Positions 14,350 through 26,691 of a DNA stretch of 64,000 bases are shown here, piece by piece (the first letter of the stretch is position 1; the number at the start of each line of letters is the position of its first letter). This DNA is from Fimbriosthenelais zetlandica (taxonomy: Eukaryota), in NCBI GenBank assembly GCA_977030845.1, contig OZ365109.1:60202001-60266000 (forward strand). The letters run 5' to 3'. Made by a program: the position numbers and the translations under genes. The notes under the pieces were generated by a model. The model worked only from the letters and a program-made list of their open reading frames with translations, was not told the origin of the DNA and did not search any database.

Positions 14350-15760
14350 GATCTATATATGGGATCCAATCTGCAGGAAACTGGTCCAGTCCGGTACAAA
14401 TCTGCCAAAAGCAGATAGGACCTGGAAAATCTGCAATGGATACCACACAGTATTTGTTGGTGTGGACTCCCTCATACTTCCAAGTGCTCAGCCCACTCAT
14501 GTTCTGAGGACTTCCATGTCAATACTGATATGTTCCCACTACACTCGGATGTCGATTCAGTTCCTAGGGCATCCAAAGATCAAAATCATTTTACGCCAGT
14601 CCAACAGCCTGGGACTTCTGTCTGTGTTCTCGGTACCATGTGTCATTCTGTGGCATAATCACTTTTAAGAGGTTAATGAGAATCTATATATGGATATCTA
14701 TGACATACTTATTAAACATATCCATTGCTTTAATATTAATTTTGGTTTCTTCTTCAGCCTCAGTGCAGATCATATTCAGTTTAAAACAATTTCCTTGTTC
14801 ATACGATATTTTTCAGCTGAATAATTTGGGTGTCAATAACTATTTAATACCGAGGCAGCGCCTTTAATGCTTTTACCCACGTGGGATAATGGACTGGACT
14901 TGTTGGGTCAAAATTGTCGGTCGTTGGTCTGACCTGGCAAAACCTCCATCATATAATATATTGATCCTGTAATGCATAAGGATTTCTGGGTACAAGTGGT
15001 AGACTTGATAATACCTCAGATTTAAGGTTCCAATAAGAAAAGTTGAAGTTGAAGGTAATGATCCAGGTGTAGGTATAGATTTGTAATGAACCCTGACTTT
15101 ATATTCGATTGAAGAAACTTTTATATTATGGAAACTGCTTGATACCAGACATGGGGAGACGGGAAACTGTGCACCAAGATTCGATCATCTGAGGTCCGAG
15201 CTGATTTGCTCGGGGGGACTTGACCAAATCTGCAATGGCATAAGTCCCCAAAGATACAGTATTCACAACTGCTGTGAATTATTTGTGAATTATGTTTGAC
15301 CAGTACATTTGTGAATTATGTTTGGTACATCTATCATTGACGCAGTGTATCTGTTCAGAACATGTAGTTGCACTGAAAACATTTTTTAGAAATTTGTTTT
15401 CAGTGATAGATTTCCTTCCAGTATTGACAAACCGACGGAATATTTCAGCCGGTAGTGTGGAGCCTGGCATTTGAGTTATTTTCTGAAAGAGAGCCAAGCT
15501 GAAAGAAATACCGCCCCAAAAGTTGAGTTTAGTCAATGTCGTTGCTCTTTTACCAGCAATTTACTTTAGTTATGGCATGCTTTGCCCAGACCAGCTGATG
15601 GCATTTGCCTTTGCAGTAAGGCCAGGCACGTAGCCCTGATTTGATTGTCTCCTCCCTCGTTTCACCACCTGTCTTAACGGTTGGAAACATTGTCTGCGAA
15701 GAACACAGAGGAGACCTGTAAATATTTCATGGCATTCACTAAGTACAGGCAAAACCCCAA
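14350..15760 (-). mobile_element. Decayed Gypsy-like integrase fragments
   Basis: Minus-strand fragments LSECHE (~15735), PPEQISSD (15194-15217), YPEILMHYR (14966-14992) and WEHISIDM (14515-14538) resemble Gypsy integrase motifs. Frames are broken. Confidence 0.35.
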
Positions 15761-18199
15761 AGTATTAGGTCTAAAAACTAATTGTCTATAGACCCTTTCA
15801 GAAAATTATGTTTCCCCTATATATATACGTCTGAATCCTCTGAGCTTTTTAAACCAATATCCAACCAATAATCACTGCCTTATTTTCACTATACAACCTA
15901 AACTTGAATTATGAAATGATAGAGTGTAGTGATCGACTGACAACGGAAAGATCCACTAAAATGGTATATAGTCTGAGAAAAGTCCCTTAACAACAAAGAT
16001 GTCTCTGCTAAGTACTCTAGACATAAGCCCAGCAGCTAGAGTTGGTTTGGCTAAGGTTTTATCTGGATAGAATATTCATCCCTCCCAGCTAATGTATGAC
16101 CCTCACAGACATGTCTGGTTTCTTTGTATAGTATATAATATTGATGAATGTAGCGAGTGGAAGACTCTCTAATGAACTGCTCCTTAGTTCCTCCCTCCAA
16201 GTAAGCCTACTGGCAGTATGTCCGAATATAAAGTCCGCAAAAATCTAATGTCACAAACTATAGGATACATCCGTTTTTTTTCTTCTTCCCCTATTTAATT
16301 AAAGAAACTGCGTTTGTGTGTCTACCAAAAAGGGTTCTTGAATAATTCTTGAATAAAATTTCCATTTGCTAATGGAGTCGACATCTTTGTTCAGAAAGAT
16401 GTTTTTATGGAAGCTCTATCAGCGCAATTAGTGTGCCACCTGCAAGGTTTCTTGGAAGCAATGGAAATCTCCCCAAAGCTGCCACTCATGTTTAGTTAAT
16501 TCTAGAAAGATGCTAATGATGCAACACTATCCTTGTGTGTGAACGTTAGCTGTTATCACAGGTGGAGCTTCTCGTTTCTTTCTAACAGATCTTGTGACAC
16601 GAGCCTTTGACTATATATATATTGGCACATCATTGCGCAGAGGTACATTTGCAACCGGAAGTTGAGGTCACGTGCCTTTTATTTTGAATTTGACCTAATG
16701 GTTCATGATGGCCTCAGGTGAACCAGTAGCTCTGTACTTACAACTGCGTAGTGTGGAGTATTTCTCTATGAAACAGGCGTCAGAAAAATATAGGCCTATA
16801 TATACCATCTAATATGTTTTATTCAGAATCATGTCTGTCTTTTTCTGTCTCTCAGGGTTTCTATCTTCCTTATGTTATACTCTCTGATCTCTATTCCTAT
16901 CCCCCACCCCCACAGGACATGGATTTGAAACTGAAAAATGAATTTGTAGCACCTGAACGTCACCCATCTATACTGGCCTACCATTTGCATGGGAGAAACA
17001 CATCCTGCTTTCTGATTTTTTCTGTATGTGTTTTTCCCAAGCTACATCCAGCCATATGATTAAGCCAAGCTTCTGATCCAGTGGGACCAAAATAGGACCA
17101 CATACTGTGTTGCTGTAGGACCACATATAGCCCACGTCCCAAATGATGTTGGTTGAGAGGTGATAAACTAATTTCAGTCAGCCTGGAGATGGCATGGCAT
17201 TAGACATATTCCCGCATAAACCTTATCTGTGGAGGTGGCATATTCAGTACAGAGTGGAGGTCAGGTTGGCACCTAATCTGATGTAGTTGACACATGCCTG
17301 AGTGGCATTAACCATCAGGCTTCGCAATGGTGAGGTCTAGAATGCTCGCAAATTATAAGTTATGGGTCTTCCACGAGCTCAGCTAAGTGTGCTCCCATGT
17401 AATATACATCTTTCTACATTTTATATTGGGTGCTTGCCACGCGCTTCCAGTTTCATAATGTTGAGATCAGCCCAGTTGCTCCACCCTCTATTATCGTATT
17501 CACCATTGAAAGGCCTATAATTGTGAAGATCAGACATTGTACTAGCCCGATTGTACTGGATTCACCACTCCCATAGCAGGCCTATATACATGAACAACGG
17601 ATCGTAGAATTAGTCTAATAGACTATTGTCTGAACTAATGAGCATGTAATCACTATCATGGGCAGTTGTGTATCATTCTATGTTTGTCTTATAGAAACAG
17701 GTAATACTCTTAAAGGGACCTTGCTGTCAGTTATTTCTACCTGTATAGTATTTACCTTATTAGTAGACTTTATATAACAGGTCTTTACTCTTGCAGATTG
17801 GGCCCAGTCTACTGCAGACTGGTTCCAGCCTCGTTCACAATATATGATCTTGCGGTCCATAAAGGCGTAGGATATAAAATATAAATCTTTAGCTTGTCAC
17901 TCCTAGAACTGAGCATGCCTAAACCTCATTTTACAGTGGATCCTAGATCCCTTCCTAATCCCCGATTATATCTCATAAAAGCTGTCAATATAGATAACCT
18001 AAGGTCAATAGCCTGCTAGCCCATATCAAGAGCATTTTCCCATCCCAGAACACATAGCCTATTCATTGAGGCTCGTGGTAAGATTGATCGGGGGTACCTG
18101 CTTCCATGCCATCCAACGATCTTGCTATACAAAGCCCCACATGGGCTGGAGACATTTTGGGCTTGGTGCCGTCTTGGGGATCATTCATTACAATTATAA

Positions 18200-18560
18200 T
18201 CCTCAGGAGACAGCCCCTATCAGCACTTGGTCATAACATTCATTTATACCCCATCGCCATTAACGTCACAAAATCCCAACTTGTCGTTTTGATTAATAGC
18301 CCAGATAGAATTGCACGGCTTGCCTTGTGGCTACAGGAGTATGGATGGCTGCAGGCATACGAGAATGTATAACGCAATGATTTTACAGCAGTGTCTAGAA
18401 TATACCGGGTCTCATACATATGTGTGACTTGATAATGGAATGGTATCGATTGCCTTGCCTTTTACATTATATACACCCCAGCTGGAGGACTTCATGTATT
18501 GGTTATTCCAAGCTGCAGTCATCTCCATTTCTATGGCACACAAAAAGTCTTCAGATAGCT
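18200..18560 (+). mobile_element. Decayed Gypsy RNase H / integrase N-terminus relic
   Basis: GHNIHLY...DRIARLALWLQEY resembles the Gypsy RNase H end motif (RLARWALxLQEY). It is followed, in another frame, by LVIP...HFYGTQKVFR, resembling the pre-integrase LVIP and GHxGxxKT motifs. Confidence 0.4.
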
Positions 18561-21500
18561 GGGTTGTGGTATCGGTAAATGCTCTGGTGGGGCGACTGAT
18601 CTTGATTAAATTTCATGACTGCTCGTAATCGGGATTTATTTTCAACACAGTCATTACTGCCTGGGAGGAAGGTAGAGTTAGCTTTTAAAATAGGATTTAG
18701 TGTTAATATCCCAAGTATGCATGGCCTGAAATGGTCCTTCTAATTAAATTTTACGTAAGAGATTTTATTGGGTTAGGATTATATTAGGTTATATAAATAA
18801 TTATTAATTATTCAATATAATTATAGGTGTGTGGGAAGTACGATATGATGTATCGGTATTAAGCAATTTCTTTTTGTACATACCAATTCAAAATTGTCCC
18901 CCATGTTAGTGTATAATTTCCCACTTTGGTGTTGCTATCCCAGAACCATTCAAAACCACATTCCTTCCCATTAATATGATCTTAAACTAATGTGATACTC
19001 CACACTGCAAATGAGCAGTGGCCTCTTTCAGTTCCAAGAAGAACATCATCTATAACCAAGCATGAGTTAGCAGGCAATATGTTTTCCCTCCTAACAATTA
19101 AATATGGATTGTTATCCGTCTGCCCATGGCAGGCTGGGTCTCACGGGTCCAGACAGCTGTCTACCTCTGACCCAAGCCTTGGATCGCTGAGTGCCAGCCC
19201 CAGCCTTTAATACCTTCCCCTGGCTTGCTCAGAGAAGACCTTTGGCCGACACCGAGTGGGAGATGTGGTATTGGAAAAGCCACGGCTTTCAGAAGGCTGC
19301 CAGAACGCCTGTCAAGGGTTCAAAGGCAGGAATGAAAGTACACTCTTCAGCTATTCCCCATGCATAGCAAACAGGGTGACAACAGCAAAGCTGCCTGGTG
19401 GAGATTGTCTTCTGTACTTTGCCATGCTTTGAGTAGCTCGTCAATGTATGGTGGTGGAGAGTGTTTGGCTGATAGAGGAGGCAAGTGGACAAGGTCCACT
19501 CGCCTTTAATGCACGATACCACTCCATATCCTCCATGGAAACGTGGCCATATGGTAGCCTTCTTTCCCTTTTTAGAGCACTGCCGGACAATAATATTATT
19601 GGCACCGATGAATATTTAAAATGCTGACAGTACTTTGTGTGATAATTAAATTTTGTAATTAGTGGAGACTGATTTGTTTTCTTTTATTTGATTGTAATAT
19701 GACATGTTTTTGTAATAGGAAAGGAAGTTCAGTTACATGAAGAGGCAGACAGGTTGACTCATGTAACTGTCAATGGAATAAATATTGAGTTTCATTTCTA
19801 CCAGATCAGGCTAAATGTTTGATGGTTGGGGCAGATTTCCTTATAGCTACCATATTCATTTGAATTTTGAAATGGCCATAGGAGACTACCTGGTATTTTA
19901 TTGCAAACTGTTTCCAAGGAGATATTCTTCCTAAAATATGTGAATGATTTACCATCACCTTTTAGTGAAGACCACTTTTTTCTCTATGGTTCTTTAACCT
20001 CAGTTCATTGCTCGCGTTCTCCTCATTAGGAGGAAAATTTCACACTTTCAATTAGCTTCCTCGCTAATTAAAACAAAGCAACCAACACCACTTCAGTTAT
20101 GAATAGTCTACTATCAATTCAGTGGCCTAGGAAAGACTGACTTATGAGAATGACTATCACTTCCCAATTCATCTTTCATAATAATTATACTATACAAGCG
20201 ATTCGTTAATTTATTTTATTCAAAACAATAAACCCTAGAAAATTTATAACATTGTTACAATCATCAGTCATTTCACCATTGTCTATGACGAATTTCCTAT
20301 TTGATTGAGTCATTTCTTTGGAACAATAGCTAAAATATTTTCTATCAAATCGCACCTTTTCTATCAAATTGCATCAGCAAAAATACTAACTATGTTATTT
20401 CCGTCTCTGTATTGTTTCCCATCTTCTAAAGAATATTATATTATAATGGGTAGTCTACAGCCTGTTTCTCATTGGTGGTATGGCCTGAACTAGCTTCGTG
20501 CCGCTAAATTTGCATTACCCCAAATTATAATAATTAAATTTCTGTCTGATCTTTCTAGGCGAAGAGAGTAGGTGTAACGTGCATCATCCTGCCTGGTGAG
20601 AACAGAAAAGATTACTCAGACCTGCCCAGCTTCATTACTGATGGACTAGAAGCTCATTTTGTCGACCATTACAAAGAGGTCTACGACATCGCCTTCTCTT
20701 AGTTACAATCTAATGCCTATAGGTAAAATCTTTTCCTTTGTCTATTACATACATTCACATTCACAGTGTCACATATGTATACATGTCAATATGCTCTGAA
20801 TAGAATATTCACCATTTCTGAATATTTTAAAACAGTTATTAAATTGGAAAGTTTCTTTGAAATGACTATTGAAACTTCAGGTGTGGAATAGATGTAGACT
20901 ATAATATGGTTTGGGTATTCGATGATTCAGTAAATTGTCCTTTGCATATTATGATAATTATTTGGCAATAGGATTTAGTCACTGTTTTTTATTTCTTCCG
21001 TAGAATATAATTATTATTATTATAGGATCTTGGTCCCAACCTCCCTTGGGCCATGTTTTCTGCCCCTCCAACTAATATTTTTGGATAAATATGTATGAGC
21101 CTAAATACCTTGGTCATCTAAACAGTTCCAAGAAGTCTAATATACCACATAGATGTTCATAAAAAGAATCGTTGGAGAGAAGAAGAGATTCGGTAATCAT
21201 GTAAATGATTTTAAAATAATGAATATGGTTGACATTTGTTAAAGTTAGGAGATAATTATATAAGACCCAAATAAAGTTATATTGCATATCCAGAATCTGG
21301 TCGATTCAGGTGTCTTTTATATGATAATGTTATACAAAAATGGTTTCTTATGAAATAGGCCCAGGCTATTCCAATAGTAATGGAAACCATCTCATCACCA
21401 CGGCTTGTTACTAAAAATACTCCCAAATATTATAGACAATAGCTGGACCGGATATTTGAGCTGTACAGTCTAGAATTTTGCCCCTTTTTCTCCAGATTTC

Positions 21501-22482
21501 CTAATATTATGGAGTCTTGACATTCAGCGAAATAAAGTTGCACAAGCAACGGTCCATTCTGTCAGACCCAGCCGAGGTAATTAAATTAGTGCTCAGACAA
21601 ATGAAATTTGGAATGCCAAGACCTGTGATTGTCTAAGCCAGCCAGGAAGCTTCTTTCAGGTCAGGTACAACACTTTGTTAAAATACATGTATAGGCTACA
21701 TAACATTTTCTTTAGTAGTTTTCCCTGATTCCCTGGGATGGTTAATTTCACTGTTAAATTAATAGATGAAATATCAGAATGGCTATTTTAAGTAGAAGTA
21801 AATATCTGCCAAATGTGCATACTGGGGATTTGCCAATAAGCCGAGCTTATAATGTGAATATGGCTCTGTCAATATTGCGGTATCTGTATTGCTGTTCCAC
21901 CATCCCCTCAGCCCTTGCTCTCCTGCAGTCAATCACCTATACCCACTCTGCACCTCCAAAATCTCTCCCACAGATGTCTGTTTACACTAAAATTCGTCTT
22001 AGAAATGTGCTATGAGGGGATCCGCCGGACCTTGTCTATCCATCAGTCCTATATTATTAGTACACCTAACAATAAAGTGAATTAATAATATGAGATCTGT
22101 ATTACATATATGTGGCATAACCATGGCAGCTATAGTCATTTGAGACGTTGTTTGTCCAATCAATTGCTGTCATTGCTGAAGGCACATTGCTATGAATAAC
22201 GTTAGTCATCGTCATATTTCAGCATCATTTACCAAAGTTTACCCAGGGTGTCTGGGGTATCATATTATTGGGTTTTAGTCCTAAGTCTCCAGCACCCATT
22301 CACATAATTATTATGTCGCCAATCAAGAATACAATATTGGCTTGGGGACTGACTATAATTATTGCCTTGCAGTTGGCTACGAAACTGGCTACTTGTTACA
22401 TAGGGAGAGGGAGGGTTTAGTTCGAACAGGCTACTTGTTTGGGTTATTAAAAGCTATAGTATTGGGTACTAGTAGGTTGGTT

Positions 22483-22510
22483 GGGTGGGTGGGTGGGGGG
22501 GGGGGGGGGG
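22483..22510 (+). repeat. (GGGT)n followed by poly-G run
   Basis: GGGTGGGTGGGT followed by about 16 G. Confidence 0.9.
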
Positions 22511-22849
22511 TTGTTACTGATCGTAACTGTTGCGGGGTTCGAGGCACAGGACAAGTCTCTAACTTAGCTTTCACACCTGCAGCAGCAACATGAAGAGAAC
22601 TGTGTAATGCGACAAGTCATCCGTTTTATCCTTGTCCATGACCGATAAGTTTGTCGCGCCAGTAAAACGGTAATCAAAACAAAAGGCCTCAAATAAAACA
22701 AACAAATTTGTAATCGTACCATTTGTACTTTATTGCGCAGAAATATATAATGTATATATCAATTTACATTGGATTTTCTCATCGAAACATTGACGATATT
22801 ACGGTGTGTACACAAATAGGTATGGTACAATAATACAATGAAAATCGGT

Positions 22850-23800
22850 CTTACTTGAGACATAAATATTCACCGGGGTTTCTCCTACATAGTTTACCTA
22901 ATCGGAATTTTTAATCGATCTTAATTAAACCTTAATTAAACAGTTAATTCTTCAACATGTTGAATGGCAATTAAAGCTTTTGAATAAGAAATCATCAAAT
23001 GTAACTAAATACTAGTGGGATTTCTTTCTTACTAACTTATTATAACCCCGGTGTTTGAACGATGTTACCTCTTAGTTTTCTAGAATATTTTTTTCTGCAA
23101 TGTGTTGTCGTAGTTGTTCTTTTAAAGTTCTAAATTTAAATTGACATGGTACAATTTCAAGTGAAGTTATGTAATATTCCATCTCCAATCTGCACCCAGT
23201 TCATATAGGCCTAATGTTGTTCGCCATCTGCAACCATTTTGGAGTGCATTGTATTTCAAACTATATACAAAGGTTCCCATCCATCAAAGGTATATATGCA
23301 CTTAACTTGCCCACATTATTGGATCGTGTCATATGAATTTTATACAATATTGAGCTATTTATATCACTAATTATGTTCAGTAATCAATAATCCAGAGGTC
23401 AAGAGCACCTGGGACAAGTGATTATAATTATTGACCAATTTCAGAGCTATTTTTTTTAATCATCTAACATCAGGTGATTATGAAAATATAAATATCCAGA
23501 GTCTAACCAATAATGCTCAGCAATCAATAAAAATATATACCATATCGATGTGGAATATGTACTCTAATAGTAAGGGTGCTGATTTGGGCGAACACTTATG
23601 ATTAGAGGGACATTAAATTCCACGGATACAAGGAGTACAGTATTCTAGGTTTTGGAATGTGAACAAAGTCGTAGCTTGGGAAAAGGAATGGCGTTAGACT
23701 AATATAATTGTATATTACTGGTAGCAAGTTTGAAAACTGGCATAGAGCGTACCCTGGCCTTCCCTCATTCTGGGTCATTTGATTAATTTACAGAATCACA
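22850..23800 (-). mobile_element. Decayed Penelope-like element (RT plus GIY-YIG) relic
   Basis: Minus-strand fragments in PLE order: LFTFQNLEY (23640-23666), CSPKSAPLLLEY, a degenerate ..LDD (~23470), then FNCHSTC...NYVGET (22877-22894), matching the PLE GIY-YIG YxGET motif. Multiple stops. Confidence 0.45.
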
Positions 23801-25908
23801 GTCTAATATATTTTACACCAGTCATGTAAACATATCCTCCCGGTAACTTTCTCAAAATACCAGGGAACTAGTCTTGAAAATATGCATCTAGAGAATATTT
23901 CAACACTAGGTATCTGTTTTGCATTAAAACTGTCCACTTTTTGAATATTGTAGTATATTCATTATTTAGTCTTCATGGTAAAGTTGAAATAATATTTTGA
24001 AATATTCACTCAAGAGTCTTCGGATCTGGAAGAAGCTTTGGGTTCTATGGTATGAGTATTTCTACGATTTTGTATTTCTCTTTTTCATGTAGAATTTTGT
24101 TGATTATAAGATCGATATTTAAATATCCATCGTCTTCAACAACACCATGCTTTTCTACAAAAAGCTTCATAATATTTTACAGACACTTGTAGAAAACATC
24201 TGAGATCGACAACAGTACTGTAATCAGTAATGTGTTAAAAGTCTGCCTAGTCAACTCGCTATGGTACAACATTAATTAGGCCAAGAGAAAAAAGATGCGT
24301 CTCTGGCTTTCAGCATGTCTACCTCATAATTTAGGTAAAGTCAGAATGACCTTTTCTTCATTATCATATCCAGCCTGAAATCATTTTTAATCCCTTTGAC
24401 AATAATTCGCATTTTACTGATTGACCCAAACATTATTTCCTATGTTACAAGGAAATTCTCTTGATTTCCTTCTCGTAATATCTTACTAGAATCACGTCAC
24501 TGTTAGATCCTCTTTCCAGTACACTATCAGTATCTCCAAGAAGAAATTCACTTCCTTCAGAGACTCAGGACTATTAATTCGGGGAAAATCCAACTTTTAG
24601 TCTAGGTAACATCTGCGTGCCATATCCTGACATTACTTTCATATATAATAATATTAAATTTTATACAGTACGGAATCTCCTCTTTTGTATCTGAGGTAAA
24701 CATCACAAGGTATTGGAGGGCAGTGACTACTGGTATCAATGAAGTTTGTACAGAGGGGATTACCCTAGAAAGTATTCAGTAATTCGAAGGGGAGATAGAG
24801 GTGTACTATCAGTCCCTCCTCCACTTACAACTTATTGAATGACAGTGTACATATCCGGCAAAATTCTATGACTCATCTATAAAAGCGTCAGAAACACAGT
24901 TCCCTACGTGCATACTGTACTGATATCTTTGCAATGCTTTAATTCTATAAAAAGCCGCTTAATTTGCACCTCTTCTTCACCTCTTCATATTTTCTAATTT
25001 TTATTGACAAATATCGTGCACTATGGTCATTGAAAAACTTATAATGATATCTCCTAGGATCCTAGATTTAGACGAAAAGTGTTAGGAAAATTCGAGAGAA
25101 CACTTGATTTGATTGAGATATCGAATCCATCTTGACACTCAACAGCGTCTGCTGAACCCACCTCATCACATGGCAATCACAGCAATACTTGCCCCATAGC
25201 AACTCAGCATGCAAGAGGCCCCCACTCCATTCTCATTTAGATTCAGATACTTCTTGGATCCTGTTTCAATGTATTACTCTAAAATGAGTTATTTTCTGAA
25301 CGCATTTAAGTGTTGATTTTATGTTAGACACAGTGCATTTACGTTTTGGTCTTTTTCACAAATCAGTTATTAACCCATAGTAGTGCATCGAAGGATATCT
25401 TTTGAAGAGTTCTTGGGAATGTAATGTTTTTGACGGACATACTGGTAGGGATATCCTATGTAACATTTTCTTGATTCGGTACATGGCTTGTTTTAGTTGA
25501 TTATTTAATTCCTTGTCAATATGGTTGATATGCATCACAGAGTACCGGGGAATGATGTGACTACCTTCCCTTGGGTCCCTTGCTAGAACAAACACACATG
25601 ATGAATTTTAATTTAGGGTCAAGTCCCATATGGTGCTCACTACTACAAGGTTACCTGGGGGTCAACTTCAAGGTCCACTGCGCGATTGTTTCTCCACCAA
25701 TTTGAGTGCAATTCCATTAACGTTTTGCCGATTGTTAAGCCATTGTTTCCTTTGTTTTACTCCACAAGGTCATAATGTCGTCATACACTGTTAACGAGTC
25801 ACAAGGACAACAGAATAATATACAGATATCCCAACGCATATGTCCGTGGCTGTTAAAAGAATAGTGACTTTTTTCTCAGCGTGAAGCCTTGTTTTCTGTC
25901 TTACAAAA

Positions 25909-26216
25909 TTACTCCTTCAGCTTATGCCATTCAGCAATCTGTTTGCGTGGACAGTTCATCACTTCGTTCCAGTGGTGTGCCTCTGGGCCTGTGAATTTTG
26001 CTCCCACTTCCAGGCGACCCACCACCTCATTCTTGGTCATTCGGTCCCAGTCGAGGACGAGGAACTCTAGGGAGATGTTCTGAAGACCCTCGTTGCATGG
26101 GACATCAAAAAGGAAGGACTCGTTGAACACGGGATTCAGTGTTCGTTTCTTAACGTGCGTTTTCTTCTTTGCTATACGTTGGCCGTTGTACAGCAAATAA
26201 ATCTTCACATAGGGGT
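25909..26216 (-). CDS. Syt4: Synaptotagmin-4/11 family, coding exon 4 (C2B C-terminal part; stop TAA at 25909-25911)
   Basis: Acceptor ttttcctcag|AC CCC TAT GTG, phase 1. Encodes [35 protein letters not shown]...[13 protein letters not shown]...[12 protein letters not shown]. 308 nt, consistent with phase. Confidence 0.96.
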
Positions 26217-26567
26217 CTGAGGAAAAGAGGAAAAGTAATGTTAGATTACAGTCGGAAATTCCATTTCTAAATGAAAAATAAAATTACGAGCACACCCCCT
26301 CTAAACACATCTCCCTGAACAGCACAATTATTTATTACATTTGAAATATTAACCTTCCAATACAATGTGCGTAGAATGTGACCAGAAAAAAAACTGAGGA
26401 TATGAATTTAATCAGGGCTATAGTAGGCCTAATAATTGAGTTTTGTACTACGAATTTAATCAGGTCAATACAAGTATAACATCATAATAATAACCTGCTT
26501 TTTACTGGTATTATACTCGTGTAATGATTCTTATTCATATTATAGTAGTAGGAAGTAGTAACCCAAC

Positions 26568-26691
26568 CTGAGAGTCCTGTGATGTCCATCTTGGGCAGAT
26601 TTCTGGCCTTGAGGACGACTACAGTGAGCCGGTTGGCAGCTGGCTGATAGCAGAGAGAAATGAGCAGCTCACCTCGGCCATGGCTGTGGAT
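26568..26691 (-). CDS. Syt4: Synaptotagmin-4/11 family, coding exon 3 (C2B start)
   Basis: Acceptor ccattacag|ATC CAC, donor TCA G|gttggg. 124 nt, phase 0 to 1. Encodes [41 protein letters not shown]. Confidence 0.95.

Noticed and set aside
17330-17590. Minus-strand peptide WEW*IQYNR...GWSNWAD resembling a lectin or TSP1 fragment
   Set aside because: Contains stops, has no splice support and no second motif.
22770-22810. Hammerhead ribozyme at the end of the Penelope relic
   Set aside because: CGAAAC and TGACGA fragments are present, but the order and stems do not form a hammerhead core.
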